From Azolla caroliniana (taxonomy: Eukaryota; Plantae; Polypodiophyta), in the NCBI GenBank assembly GCA_043228905.1, contig JBHGNT010000020.1:5580001-5644000 (forward strand): 64,000 nt of DNA, given 5' to 3'. The first letter of the stretch is position 1. Each line of letters begins with the position of its first letter. Position numbers and translations under genes: made by a program. Under the pieces are notes generated by a model. The model was not told where the DNA came from and made no database searches. It worked only from the letters and a program-made list of their open reading frames with translations. Positions 50,401-63,530 of the stretch are shown piece after piece.

Positions 50401-53400
50401 ATGTGTCATTGGCATCAAGTGCCCGCATTTCTTCCTCCATAGCGGCACACCAATTGGCATCCCTTGCCGTTTCTACGTAGCTCTCCGGATCACGCACTTC
50501 CGCCACCCTGGTCATGTACGCATAGTGATGCGCCCTATACTCATTGTACCCATACCGCTTCACGGGGTTCTTCTGGCGTGAAGACCGGCATAATTTATCG
50601 TTACTCGGTTTGAGGCCCTTCTTGGTCGGTTCGAACTTCGTTCCCGAAGATCCGCCTTTTTCCTTACCGGAGTCGGATTCACTCCGATCCGACTCAACGT
50701 TGCCGGTATCGTATTCCGGCATCTTCATCTTCCCCTTCTCTTTGCGCGTGAACCGTCTCCTCGGTTCCTTGCGCGGGGAGAGCACGGCAAAGTCTCCACT
50801 ACTCGCTGGTTCCTCATCCGACTGGTCATCTCGACTCAGCCGCTCGTTCGGCCCGCTCAACCGAAATGATTCCGGACTCATATCTAGAGTCTCAGATCCT
50901 TCGTCTTCTAACTGGACCAATTCAAGCTCACTAGCCTCATCCTCCAGTATCGGGTCGGGGTCGGAAGTCAGAGCCGGTAAGGCATACCATGATGCCGTCT
51001 CATCAAACTCAACATCCCGGCTAACTCGGACCTGCTTCGTCCGGGGGTTATAACACTTATACCCCTTTTGCTCATGCGAGTAACCAACCAGGATGCATTT
51101 CTCTAACTTTTGCATCCAACTTCCTCCGCTTCTCATCTGGCACATGCACATATGCAATGCTACCGAATATCCGAAGGTGTCTTAGATTCGGCTTGCGCCC
51201 GAAATATAGCTCATGCGTGGACACCTTGTCACCGATCTGGCTTTGGATATAGACGGCCATCCGGACCGCCTCAGCACAATAGAAATGGGGCATGCTCTTC
51301 TCCTCCAACATTGCCCTTGCTGCGTCGACAATCAACCGGTTCTTCCTTTCGGCCACACCATTTTGCTCTGGTGTGTATATGCAGCTGAACTCTCTCCGAA
51401 TTCCTTTTTGCTGCAGATAACTGTTGAATTGGCCGGAAAAATATTCTTTTCCACCATCCGACCGCAAACACTTGATCTTCCTCTCCGTTTCCCGTTCAAC
51501 CAGGCTTTGCAGGTTCCGGAAACACTCAAAGACTTCGCTCTTCCACTCAATGAGGTAGATCCATGTGTGCCGACTGTAGTCGTCGATGAAGGAGACGAAA
51601 TATCGACTCTCGCCAAGACTAATGTTCTGTGTCGGTCCCCATACATCCGAATGAATAAGGTCGAGCTTGTTACGGCTACGGTTTCATTTGGTGGGGAATG
51701 GAAGCCGGTATTGCTTCCCGAGTTGGCAAGCTTCACATACTTGGGCCTTCCGGCCACTCAACTTCGGCGAACCAAAAACAACTTGTTTCGTTTGCAAGTC
51801 TTGAAGCCTTCGGTAATTGACATGACTGATCCGCTTGTGCCAGAGATCAATATCCGATTCAATCTTCTGTCCTTTGGCAAACAAAGCGGTGCCGACGTCA
51901 TTGGTGTTGAGGATAAACATCCTCCCGTCTCTACGCCCTTGCACAATGATTTGGCCCTCTTCCTCGATGAAGCACCCGAGGTGCGTAAACCGCACCTCCA
52001 TTCCTTGGTCGACAATCTATCCAACCAACACCAGGTTCTTCGTGATGGTTGGAATGTGTAATACGTTCATCAACTTCCCCCTTTGTCCGACGTGGCTCAA
52101 AGGGACTTCTCCGACATGCACGATTGGGTGTGGAGTGTCATCTCCAGTTTCGACAACTCCTAGTTGTTCCGGATTCTCCAAGAAAGAGAACCACTCTCTA
52201 TGGCTCGTCATGTCATTCGACGCACTGGAATCAACATACCACACTTCCTCCAATTTAGAAGTGGTTTTCTTCATCGAGTTAGCCTCATGTTCCATCACCA
52301 AGGCTAGCCCTTTACCGGCTTTTCCGGCATAGTGCGAGTATTGCCGGTTCTCTCTGCCGGCCTTGCCAGATCCGGATCTGTCCGAATCGGCGTGCTTCTT
52401 CCAGCACTCGCTTTCTCTATGGCCCTTTTTACCACAGTACCAGCATTCCGTGTCGGCCTTTGCTTGTCGGCCTTCGGTGCCGCCTTGACTCCCCCTGCTT
52501 GTGGAGGGTCCAAAACTGTTGTCGGCACACTCTCTGTGCCTTCGGTCCTACTCTTGCCAGCCGCTACCATTGCAAGCCGACCCGCCTTGTCCACCACGCC
52601 CACGGGAACGATCCGCCTCCGTGTACAACATCCGGCTGTCGGTGGATGCACTTGTTGATGCACCAGCGTGGTTCTCCTCTACAAGGAGCATCGACCGTAA
52701 CTCGAAAAATGACGGCGTATTCTCCCTTGTATATACCGCCATTCAGAACGCTCTGAACTTAGATGCCAGGCCCCCAAGACAGATCTGTACCATCTCGTCT
52801 TCCTCCATAGAAACATTGATAGAGGCAAGTGAGTCACAGATTTCTTTGATCCGGGCCATGTAATCAGCCATCGACATGTCCTTCTGTCGGACATTGCTCA
52901 ACTCCTGTCGAAGTTGCAGCTTCCAGGCTGTAGTGCTTGCCGCGAAAATCTTCTTCAGGTTTCCCCAAGCTTCTTTGGCATCTTGGCATCTTGGACATGG
53001 CTCAGTAGCTGGTCTCCGACACTGGACACAAAGCAGTACATCACTCTGCTTGCTGCTTGTTCCCACACTGGAAAGTCCTTGTGTGCCGCATCAGGTGCTG
53101 TGTCGTTAGGTCCGTCAACGTAGCTCCAATAACCATGCCCAAGCAGGTATTGGTGCATCTTGTAAGACCAAGATCCGTAGTTGGATCTGTCGAGCTTCTC
53201 CACCTGGAGCAAGCTAGCCATTCCTTTGTCCATTTTGCTGTCTTTTTCTTTTCTGAAAAAACACAAAGAACAACTTCAACTCTGTTTTGTCGCAAGCTTT
53301 CGATTGTCGGCTGCAGAGGACTTCAACCCTTGCGCTCTAATACCATGTAAAAGATTTTGAGCAGAAGCATCAGACAAACCGGCCTTGCCGGATAGCAATA

Positions 53401-53765
53401 GAGAGAGAGAGAGATTAACACACAGAGTGTACGCGGGAGAGATAGAGAGAGAGAGAGAGTAGAATGTTCAAAAAATTCTATTACAACACAATAATAGTTC
53501 TCTATACATAAAACGTGCTCAACAACACTATTTATACAAGTCCTAAGAGGACTAACAGAAGTATGGTGTACTTCAATGCTCACTCGAGCGTCTGACACTA
53601 ACTACGAGACTATTAACTATCTAGTAGTCTAGGCTACTACTAGGCTTCCGGTTACTGTTTGATCCAGCTAACCGGCTCCCCAGCTCACCGGCTCGCCGAT
53701 CCATCTCACCGATCCGGCTCAGGCTTATTCAGCCGATCCGGATCCAGTTGAGCTTGCCGCTCAAA
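47454..53765 (-). mobile_element. Ty1/copia family C1, copy c, inserted in the F LTR
   Basis: LTRs 47454-47900 and 53346-53765. TSD ATATA. PBS TGGTATTAGAGC at 53334-53345 and PPT at 47901-47912. Gag, PR, INT, RT and RH fragments are present. Confidence 0.94.
49192..49595 (+). mobile_element. About 400-bp retroposed insert with a 16-bp TSD
   Basis: AAATATATAAGGCTTC at 49176-49191 and 49596-49611. AATAAA at 49510, an A-rich tail, and an internal repeat of about 127 bp. Confidence 0.8.
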
Positions 53766-56699
53766 ATATATTATTAGAAGCGTTAAAGAAACGCATGTAA
53801 CGGTTCACACTAGGAGCAAAACGGACTAAAAGCCCTGTGTATATAAAGGGCGGAAATCCTCTATAAAGAGGTAGCGTGTATTTTGAGAGCTACCTTCTGT
53901 AATATAGTACTATCTTCTCTGATTCCATTGTCTATGCAAATCGTCTACTGATTTGGTGTAGTACTCTGTTGGTAACTGTAGGCTAGTAAGCGTAGGGTAA
54001 GTGTGCATATGAGATCACGCATTGGGGAGCTTCGGTTGTAGCCGTCTCTCTTCACGCCCTGACGATATGCTTTGCTTTGTAAGCCTATTATGATTCACGC
54101 ACATACAGATCTATTCCTTGCATCACAATCACCTTGAAGTCTACCTCGAAGGACTGAGAGTAGACCATGTTCCTAATCGGTAACAGGCCGCAGCAGACGT
54201 CGACACATGGCTATAAGCCATGAAATCCGAAATGGACTCGATTCACAAGAATCAAACATGGGAGTTGGTCGAACTACTAGCTGGAAGAAAGTCACTACCT
54301 TGCAAATGGGTCTTCCAATACAAATATGTTTCTGACTTAGAGAAACGCAAGTACAAAGCTCGGCTTGTCGAAAAAGGGTTCAAACAAGAACATGGAGATC
54401 TGGAAGAAGACATTTACATGTCTCAACCGGCAGGCTTCATGGCGACGGGGGAGGAAAGTCACCTTGTATGTCGACTAAAGTAAAGCCTCTATGGCTTGAA
54501 ACAAGTGATGAGGATGTGGTACCAGAAGTTCGACTCCTACATCAGGTAGCTTGGATATCGCCGATTAGACTCCAACCGACGTATGTTGTACATTCGGCAA
54601 CTAGACGACGAGTCTAGGATTTATCTGATCCTATATGTTGACGACACATTGATTGCAAGAAGCAATCAAGTAGAGATCGGAAAGTTGAAGCGGAGCCTTC
54701 ATGACAAGTTCACGATGAAGGAACTCGAACACGCCGGTCACATACTAGGCATGAGGATCGAGCGAAATCAGACGACCAAGACTCTCCGACTCTCCCAATC
54801 CGACTATATCTGGAAGGTGTTGAGGCGCTTCAACATGCAGAATGCAAAGCCAGCACCAACACCACTTCCGACGTCGATCCGATTATTAGATAGAGACTCT
54901 CCTTCAATGGACAAGGAGAGAGAGCTTAATGGAAAGATGCCCTATGCATTGGCCATAGGAAGTATCATGTATGCAATGGTGGTGACCTGACCTGAGGAGT
55001 GGTCAGCGGGTATAGGTCAAACCTAGGGAGGAAGCATTGGGAGGCCGTCAAGCACATCTTCAGGTACCTCAGAGGGACCGGAGATACACAACTGACTTTT
55101 GGTTTGACAATCTCAACCGAAGTCGAAGGCTACACTAACTCCGACTATGCCGGAAATATGGACGGTCGAAACTTAACATCTAGCTATATCTTCACTTATG
55201 GTGGTGGTGTTATATCATGGAGGTCGAAACTTCAAGAATGTATGGCCCTATCAACAATGGAGGTTGAGTACATAGTAGCATCATAGGCAGTGAAGGAAGC
55301 AATCTGGCTGCACCGACTATCTGCCAATTTTTCAGCTACAGGCCGAATCGACCGACCAATGCCTACCATCTATTGTGACTCACAGAGCGCAATACACCTC
55401 ATCAACAATCATGTCTATCATGCAAAGACAAAGAATATTGAGGTGCGGTATCATCACATCCCACAGCTCATAACCGAGAAGAGGCTCGAAGTCCAGAAGA
55501 TCGACAGCGAGGTGAACATCGCCGATTTCCTGATGAAGCCACTCCCAGATCAATGCTTCGGAGCACTAAGGACAAAGATGGGACTGCGACAAGCGACCGA
55601 GCAGAAGAAAGCCGAACGAGGAACAGATGGTAAGAGTCGACCAAATCAATCATGATAATGAGCCAGGCTAGGCTCGACTATATGCAAACCAACTTGTAAC
55701 ATAAACTTAGATTAGTTTTGTAATCTAGGTTCACGGGGGAGATAACCCCAAACACATGTACATGTAGGAAAGAGTACTTTTACGGGGGAGTTTATTGGCA
55801 TAAAAGGCCGACTCCTTCCACCTTGTATCCTAATGTGAACTTGTCCAAATAGTTAGGGCTTAGTATATAAGCGATAACCTAACATTGTAAAGGGGATTCT
55901 TCATCCTCTTGTACATCAAGTCTCTGAGGGAGAGAGAGAACGTTGTCGCGTTATTACGCGCGTGCATGGAGAAAGGCGGGACCATGGGGGTCTTGGACTA
56001 GGGAGTGACGGAGCGTAGGAAGTCGTGCTTCACCGTTTCCGGGGATCCCAGAAGAACACCGGAAGCGACCGAAGGGAGTGAGAGAAAGAGAGGGAGCGCG
56101 TGCTTAACACCGACTCACGCACACACACACACACATGTCGACCCGACTCACGCCCTTATGTACAGGAAACGCAGGAAAGGGGAAGCACCCGACACCAACA
56201 GAGACGCGAATATACACAGACAAACGCAACGTATATATATATATATAAAAGGAAGAATACATTCCCGGGGTCGAGCCGGACTGAGGTAGGTTACAGTAGT
56301 CGTCTGCTGCCAAGCCGCCGTCGGGGAGCTCACGGGCTCGTCGTGCCGAGGGGGTCTTGCGAAGGAGATGAGCTGAAGCAAACCCTAATCAAACACGAAG
56401 GAAGAAGAAGAAGAAGAAACTCTAACCCTAGACTAACGGTATACCCTCTAATGCAAAATGGGCAACCCTTTCACAAAGGGTGTTCCCTTCCTTTTATAGA
56501 ACAAGGACAGGGATGCGTTACAATGTGGGATAAATCCCGACTTACATGGGATCGTCTGTCTCGACTTGACTACTCTTCGGCGCCATAAAGGCGTCCTCGA
56601 TATTCACACTAAATGTACATGGGTGCGTACACACGCTGCACCCCCGCCGATGTAGCCAATGTTCCCGGTTTCCGCCTCTGGCCGAAATTCTTCACGACA

Positions 56700-56964
56700 A
56701 CGTAATAATGAAGCTTCCATTAAAGCTTCAATTGTGCATATCTATCGTCTATCTTCTTGCCTTCCTTCTGTGTTGTTTGTTGAGCACATACGACAGATCC
56801 TCGCATACATTTCCGTACGCACATTTGTCCCTCATTCTGGAAGTGCGTTGGCTTTCCGCAATAAAAGCAAGTGGGCCCCCCTTGACTTCAACCTCGTCCC
56901 CGATTTGTCCCGGTTTTGGGGAGTCCGATTTTGGCCTCTTCCCCGATTGTGGTCTTCTTCCGTA
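56700..56964. repeat. 265-bp copy of the flank beyond the right G LTR (61089-61353)
   Basis: Near-identical sequence follows both LTRs, with a few substitutions. Confidence 0.92.
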
Positions 56965-57119
56965 GTACGCGTACTTCCGCTGGCCCTTGTTCGGCCGTAT
57001 GAACGCCCCGCTCCCGTCGTATGCCCAATGTCCTCCACTTTAGGCATGCCCGTAGTGGCCCGCTTGGCCTCCGTTGATCATTCGCGTCGTCCTGATTGTT
57101 GTCCCATGTCGTTTCGCGT

Positions 57120-59210
57120 TGCCCTCGTCCTCTCGCCGCCACCTTCCTTCTCCATGGTCTTACATCGCCGCGTCGGCTCGAACCGCCATGGTCTCCGGAA
57201 CGGTGTGGAGGATCCCTTTCCGGCCTTCTCCGCGCTACCTCCGAACCGCGCAACCTATCTCCGCGCTCGCCTTTCCGCTCCGGCACCTCCGTGTGCCACA
57301 TACCCTCATCCGTTGTTTGGCACTGCCTGTGTTGCACTCCTCGTCGGCCCCCTTTCCGGCCAGATCATGCATCGCCGCTCACCCGCATACCGGTGTCCTT
57401 TGCATCCGAGGAACACCCCGTAGTAGCCCGCTTGGCCCTTCCCGTCTTCGTGTTGCCGCGATAGGTCCTGAGTCTTCCACTTGCCGTCGTCCCCTCGCCC
57501 CCACCAGCTTGTCATCCCGGCTTGCCGTGTCAGTCTTTGCTACTTCGACGGAGCTACCGAGATCTACGAAGCGAGTGTGGAGGATCCTCCTCCGGCCTCT
57601 CTTGCCATCCCCTGACTCCGACCCTGTGCAGTCCACTAGGCACTTGTCACCTCGTTCCCGACACCTCCCTTGTGCCGTCTCACGCTTCCTTCGTTCGGCC
57701 CCGCCCGCGCCGAACACCGTCCCATAGTCACGCTTCGATCCGGCCCGCGATGGCCACTTGCGAGACTCTTGTTCTGTCCCAGGTGTGCCTTTCCGGCCTG
57801 ACACACCTCCCCGTGTTTGCCCCTACCGGCTCCTTCCGAAACCGTGACCGGCCGGTGAGGGTTTCGCACTTCGTCCGCCCGTCTTACCGGCTCCATATCT
57901 GCTACCTCGTGTTGTCGGGTCCCGTTCCCTGCCGCCACTGTCCTTCTCCATCAGTCTTACGTTGCCGCGTTGGCCGAGCAGCCGGGGTCTCTGGATTGGT
58001 GTGAGGGTCCCATAGGACCAGATTCCATTTCTATGCTTGCCGATATTCGGGTGTCTTTTGTTTGAGTCCCTCCCAGACTCTCCTCGTGTCTTCCGCCTAG
58101 TCGGGTCCCGTTTCCCGCCGCCACCAACCTTCTCTCTCGGTCTCATGTTGCCACGTTGGCCGAACTGCCGGAGTCTCCGGTTAAGTGTGGAGATCCCGTA
58201 GGACCGGACTTCCTTACGCCCTTGCCTTCGTCACCTCGCCGCCACCGTCAGTATCTTGGTCTTACGTCGACCGCGTTGCCGACTGCCGAAGTCTCTAGAA
58301 CCGGTGCGAAGGATCCTTCGTAGACCGCCCATCCATAGCCCCTTCGCCTTCGTCACCTCGCCGCCACCGCTAGTATCTTGGTCTTACGTCGACCGCGTTG
58401 CCGACTGCCGAAGTCTCTAGAACCGGTGTGAAGGATCCTCCGTGGGCTTCTGATCGTATTCCCAACCCTGTCCCGGGTCGTCCTTTTCCGCATGCCGAGA
58501 GGGCGTTTTGTTCTGCACCCTCTCCCGTGGTACCGACGTACCGTGTCCTCGGCCTCTTCATAGGCCAGCTCTCTTCCTCCCTCCCGGAATGGTCATCCGG
58601 GAGTCCGCTCCACCCGGTTCTCGCTCGGGTCTATTCGTCCTTCTCCGTATTGCCGAGTCCCGTTCTCCTGTCGCCACCGATCTCTCTTATAGGACTCACG
58701 CCGGCCCTCGGGCCTACAACCGGATCGGTGTAAGGAATCCCATAGGACCGGCTTGCATTCCCTTTCCAAATCTCGACCTTCGCCTGGTCGGTCTTTCTCC
58801 CCATGTAAAAGAGGGCGGCTCATCCCGCACCCCCTTTCGTATCGGCACTTTCATGCCGAATCCGGCCTCGATCGAACGATCCACGACCGTATTACGCTCC
58901 ACCCGTATCGGAATGCCGATCTCCTCGTGTCGCGTCCATCCTCGGCCTCCTCGCAGGCCGTTTCCCATCCATCTTCGCTGGCATCGTGCCAGGACTCCTC
59001 AGTACCGCCATCTATCTCCTCGGTCTTACATGGGCATATGGGCCCGAATGCCGAGTTCTCCGAAATCCGGTCTGTGGGCTTTCGTCCGTTCCTTCCCCGT
59101 ATCGTCTCGCCGGTGATTCTTGGCCTTATGCCGCCGCCTTCCTCCACTTGGGACTCACGTGGGCACTTGGGCCCGACTGCCATCGTCTCGGGAGCAAGTG
59201 TGGGAAGACA
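57120..59210. repeat. Degenerate repeat array (units of about 110-180 bp) inside G
   Basis: The closest pair starts at about 58219 and 58340. Diverged units of the form GCCGCCACC..GGTCTTAC..GTCTC..GTGTG..GGATCC lie near 57135, 57930, 58115, 58670, 59005 and 59130. Confidence 0.75.
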
Positions 59211-60290
59211 CAAAGAATCGCCCGTCCGTTTTACGCCCTTGTCCGTAGCCACCGACTCTTTGTGGTCGGCGGTCGTCTTCTTACCGATCGCGCAAGCCCC
59301 GTCTGGGCTTGCTTCCCCAATGACCGGGATCTCGGGCTGACACGCCCGAAACCGCTGGTCCCAACGTTCCGATTCCGCGATCTGTATCTCGGCCTCGTCC
59401 TTGGCCGTTCTATCTCTGCAAGTCGAGAGGGCGTTTCGTTCCGCACCCTCTCCCGTGGTACCATCGTACCGATCTCCCGTCGTCACGTCGGGCAAGTCCG
59501 TCTTCTCAGTCTGGGGTTGCGGCCTCCATCTTTCCTCCTCCTCGAGCATCGCCTCGAGAGCTGTGTACGCCTCCGCAATCTTGGCCCCAACGCCGACCCT
59601 TGCCGACTCCCTCTGCCGTTCAGCCTCTTCCCGTTGTGATGGCACGCCGTCGCGTCCCTTCCTCTTAGCCTTCTCGGCTCGCTCTTTGTCTAGCCGTTGG
59701 CACACCCTTCCAACCTTCGACCAGTCCTTCGTAAGCCCATTCGCTCCATCATCGTCTTCGAGCTCAATCCCGATGGCTTCCCGTTCCGCTCGGTCGATCG
59801 ACCTGACGAACAAAAGGACTTTGTCCGCCCCCACCAAACCTTGTTCTCGCTCTGGGAGCCGAGCAAGCCATCGCTCGAACTCTCGGAACGCCTTCGTCGC
59901 GCCCCGGTGGGTCTTTGCCAATGCTACCCACTGGTCGAAGTCGTGTCGTCCCCATCTCTTCCACCGTCCTCCGTATGCCTTCAGGAGCGCCTCTTCGAAG
60001 GCCTCCCACGAACTATGAGCCTCACGGCGCTCCTTTACTTCCGCATGCATCCGGACAGCTACGACCCGGCAGAAGAACTCCAGCCTCAACGCCTCGTCTA
60101 CGCCACGCTCCTCCATTTCCGCGTTGTAGGCTTCCAAGTAAGATGGGACTTTGTCCCCGTTGAAACGGCCGACTCTTTCGACCACTCGCTCAACCGCTTG
60201 TTGCGCTGCTTCTCGCCTCATCACCACTCGTGCCGACTCCAACACCACTTCGGCCACCATCTCCGTAAGGTCGTCGTCTTCCGACTCCAT
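58851..60290 (-). CDS. Gag-like protein with a charged repetitive tail (479 aa)
   Basis: VGRFNGDKVPSYLEAYNAEM and KVLLFVRSID..GLTKDWSKV align with B gag IGRFGGKDATSYLEAYRAEM and QVLLFVKSVD..GLTTDWAVV. Confidence 0.8.
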   Translation of the reverse strand: MESEDDDLTEMVAEVVLESARVVMRREAAQQAVERVVERVGRFNGDKVPSYLEAYNAEMEERGVDEALRLEFFCRVVAVRMHAEVKERREAHSSWEAFEEALLKAYGGRWKRWGRHDFDQWVALAKTHRGATKAFREFERWLARLPEREQGLVGADKVLLFVRSIDRAEREAIGIELEDDDGANGLTKDWSKVGRVCQRLDKERAEKAKRKGRDGVPSQREEAERQRESARVGVGAKIAEAYTALEAMLEEEERWRPQPQTEKTDLPDVTTGDRYDGTTGEGAERNALSTCRDRTAKDEAEIQIAESERWDQRFRACQPEIPVIGEASPDGACAIGKKTTADHKESVATDKGVKRTGDSLCLPTLAPETMAVGPKCPRESQVEEGGGIRPRITGETIRGRNGRKPTDRISENSAFGPICPCKTEEIDGGTEESWHDASEDGWETACEEAEDGRDTRRSAFRYGWSVIRSWIVRSRPDSA

Positions 60291-60305
60291 CCTCCCTTGC
60301 CGCCT

Positions 60306-60323
60306 TTCACGTCGGGTTCACCA
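60306..60323 (-). promoter_or_regulatory. tRNA-Trp primer binding site of G
   Basis: The 18-mer is identical to the PBS of A. Confidence 0.85.
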
Positions 60324-61223
60324 AATATGTCGCGTTATTACGCGCATGCGTGGAGAAAGGCGGGACCACGGGGGTCTTGGACTAGGGAGTGACGGAGCGT
60401 AGGAAGTCGTGCTTCACCGTTTCCGATCCTAGAAGAACACCGGAAGCGACCGAAGGGAGTGAGAGAAAGAGAGGGAGCGCGCGCTTAACACCGACTCATG
60501 CACACACACAAACACAAACACACATGCTGACCCGACTCACGCCCTTATGTACAGGAAACGTAGGAAAGGGGAAGCACCCGACACCAACAGAGACGCGAAT
60601 ATACACAGTCAAACGCAACGTATATATATATATATAAAAGGAAGAATACATTCTCGGGGTCGAGCCGGACTGAGGTAGGTTACAGTAGTCGTCTGCTGCC
60701 AAGCCGCCGTCGGGGAGCTCACGGGCTCGTCGTGCCGAGGGGGTCTTGCGCAGGAGATGAGCTGAAGCAAACCCTAATCAAACACGAAGGAAGAAGAAGA
60801 AGAAGAAACTCTAACCCTAGACTAACGGTATACCCTCTAATGCAAAATGGGCAACCCTTTCACAAAGGGTGTTCCCTTCCTTTTGTAGAACAAGGACAGG
60901 GATGCGTTACAATGTGGGATAAATCCCGACTTACATGGGATCGTCTGTCCCGACTTGACTACTCTTCGGCGCCATAAAGGCGTCCTCGATATTCACACTA
61001 AATGTACATGGGTGCGTACACACGCTGCACCCCCGCCGATGTAGCCAATGTTCCCGGTTTCCGCCTCTGGCCGAAATTCTTCACGGCAACGTAATAATGA
61101 AGCTTCCATTAAAGCTTCAATTGTGCATATCTATCGTCTATCTTCTTGCCTTCCTTCTGTGTTGTTTGTTGAGCACATACGACAGATCCTCGCATACATT
61201 TCCGTACGCACATTTGTCCCTCA

Positions 61224-62554
<1,331 letters not shown>

Positions 62555-62559
62555 GGTTT

Positions 62560-63530
62560 AAGATGTTGGTGATAATCGATGATAGCGAGATGGTTGATGT
62601 GGACTTGAGGAAGCTGATTTTCTGTTTTTTGATCAGGATGAGTAATGATGGTGTGGGAGTTGAAGCAGATTATCATAAGTGAGGAACGTTTTGTAAACTC
62701 ATTTGTTGTGTTGTCCGTACAAGATTTTGTTGGTAATCGGCAAGATGGTGAGATGGTCGGCGATATAGTTGATGTGGACTGAACAAAGCGGGTTTTATAT
62801 TTTTCATTAGGATGATTGATGATGGCGGCGGGGATTGAAGCATATTTCCATGAGGAGAGGATGAGTGATGATGGTGTGGGGGCTGAAACATATCATGAGG
62901 AGATGAGGAAATAGTCTAGACTCATTTTGTTGTTGTTTTTATACGACCTTGGTGGTAATCGACGAGATGGTTGATGCGGAATGAATGAAGCAGATTTTTG
63001 TTTTGATATAAGGATGAGTGAAGATGGTGTGGGGGTCAAACCATATTTTCTTAAGGAGTCATCGTTTGAGGCAGCTGATTTTCTATTTTTTGATCAGGAT
63101 GAGTAATGATGGTGTGGGAATTGAAACATATTATCATGAGTAGGTGAGGAATTGTTTTAACTCATTTGTACAGGATTTTGCTGGTAATCGCCGTGATGGC
63201 GAGATGGTCGGTGAGATGGTTGATGTGGACTAAACGAAGCAAGTTTTATATTTCTCATTAGGATGATTGATTATGGCGGCGGGGATTGAAGCATATTTCC
63301 ATGAGGAGAGGATGAGTGATGATAGTGTGGGGGCTGAAACATATCATGAGGAGATGAGGAAATAGTCTAGACTCATTTTGTTGTTGCATTTTACAAGACC
63401 TTGGTGGTAATCGACGAGATGGTTGATGCGGAATGAATGAAGTAGATTTTTGTTTTGAGATAAGGATGAGTGAAGATGGTTTGGGGATCGAAGCATATTT
63501 TCTTGAGGAGATGACGACACGATATTCTTT
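62560..63530. repeat. Higher-order degenerate tandem repeat (about 460-bp duplication built from shorter subunits)
   Basis: AGCTGATTTTCT.TTTTTTGATCAGGATGAGTAATGATGGTGTGGG at about 62612 and 63073. GAGATGGTTGATG and GATGAGTGA.GATGGTGTGGG recur. Confidence 0.88.

Larger units (their letters stand above)
42413..54185 (+). mobile_element. Athila-like Ty3/gypsy element F, 3' half (RT-RH-INT, extra ORF, 3' LTR interrupted by C1c)
   Basis: AGHDMYSFLDGF, VFLDDF, VDASD..YYASRKL..EREAL and INT WGLDFVGP/ISDQGSHF. I saw no extra RNase H. The probable LTR is 46996-47453 plus 53771-54185, ending GGTAACA; its start is inferred. Confidence 0.82.
55944..61088 (-). mobile_element. Gag-only, non-autonomous tRNA-Trp-primed LTR element G
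   Basis: LTRs 55944-56699 and 60328-61088. TSD ACGT. PBS at 60306-60323. A gag-like ORF is present, with no PR, RT, RH or INT motifs. Confidence 0.85.
54186..61223 (+). mobile_element. Ty1/copia element D, 3' half (RT-RH plus 3' LTR interrupted by G)
   Basis: AMKSEMDSIHKN, YKARLV, LYVDD, ISWRSKLQ and KTKNIEVRYH (54220-55655). PPT GGGGGAG at 55784-55790. The LTR is about 55793-55943 plus 61093-61223. Confidence 0.85.

Noticed and set aside
51213-52061. Long antisense ORFs over pol/gag (also 29286-30020, 35405-35920, 50544-51053, 59697-60392)
   Set aside because: They mirror GC-rich coding strands, have no recognisable motifs and are not consistently open across the three C1 copies.
57120-59210. 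Repeat array considered as CRISPR-like
   Set aside because: The units are long and degenerate, lack constant repeats with unique spacers, and there are no cas genes. The context is a eukaryotic retroelement.
60306-60323. tRNA-Trp 3' end on the + strand as a tRNA gene
   Set aside because: Only 18 nt including CCA next to an LTR, so it is a primer binding site and not a tRNA gene.
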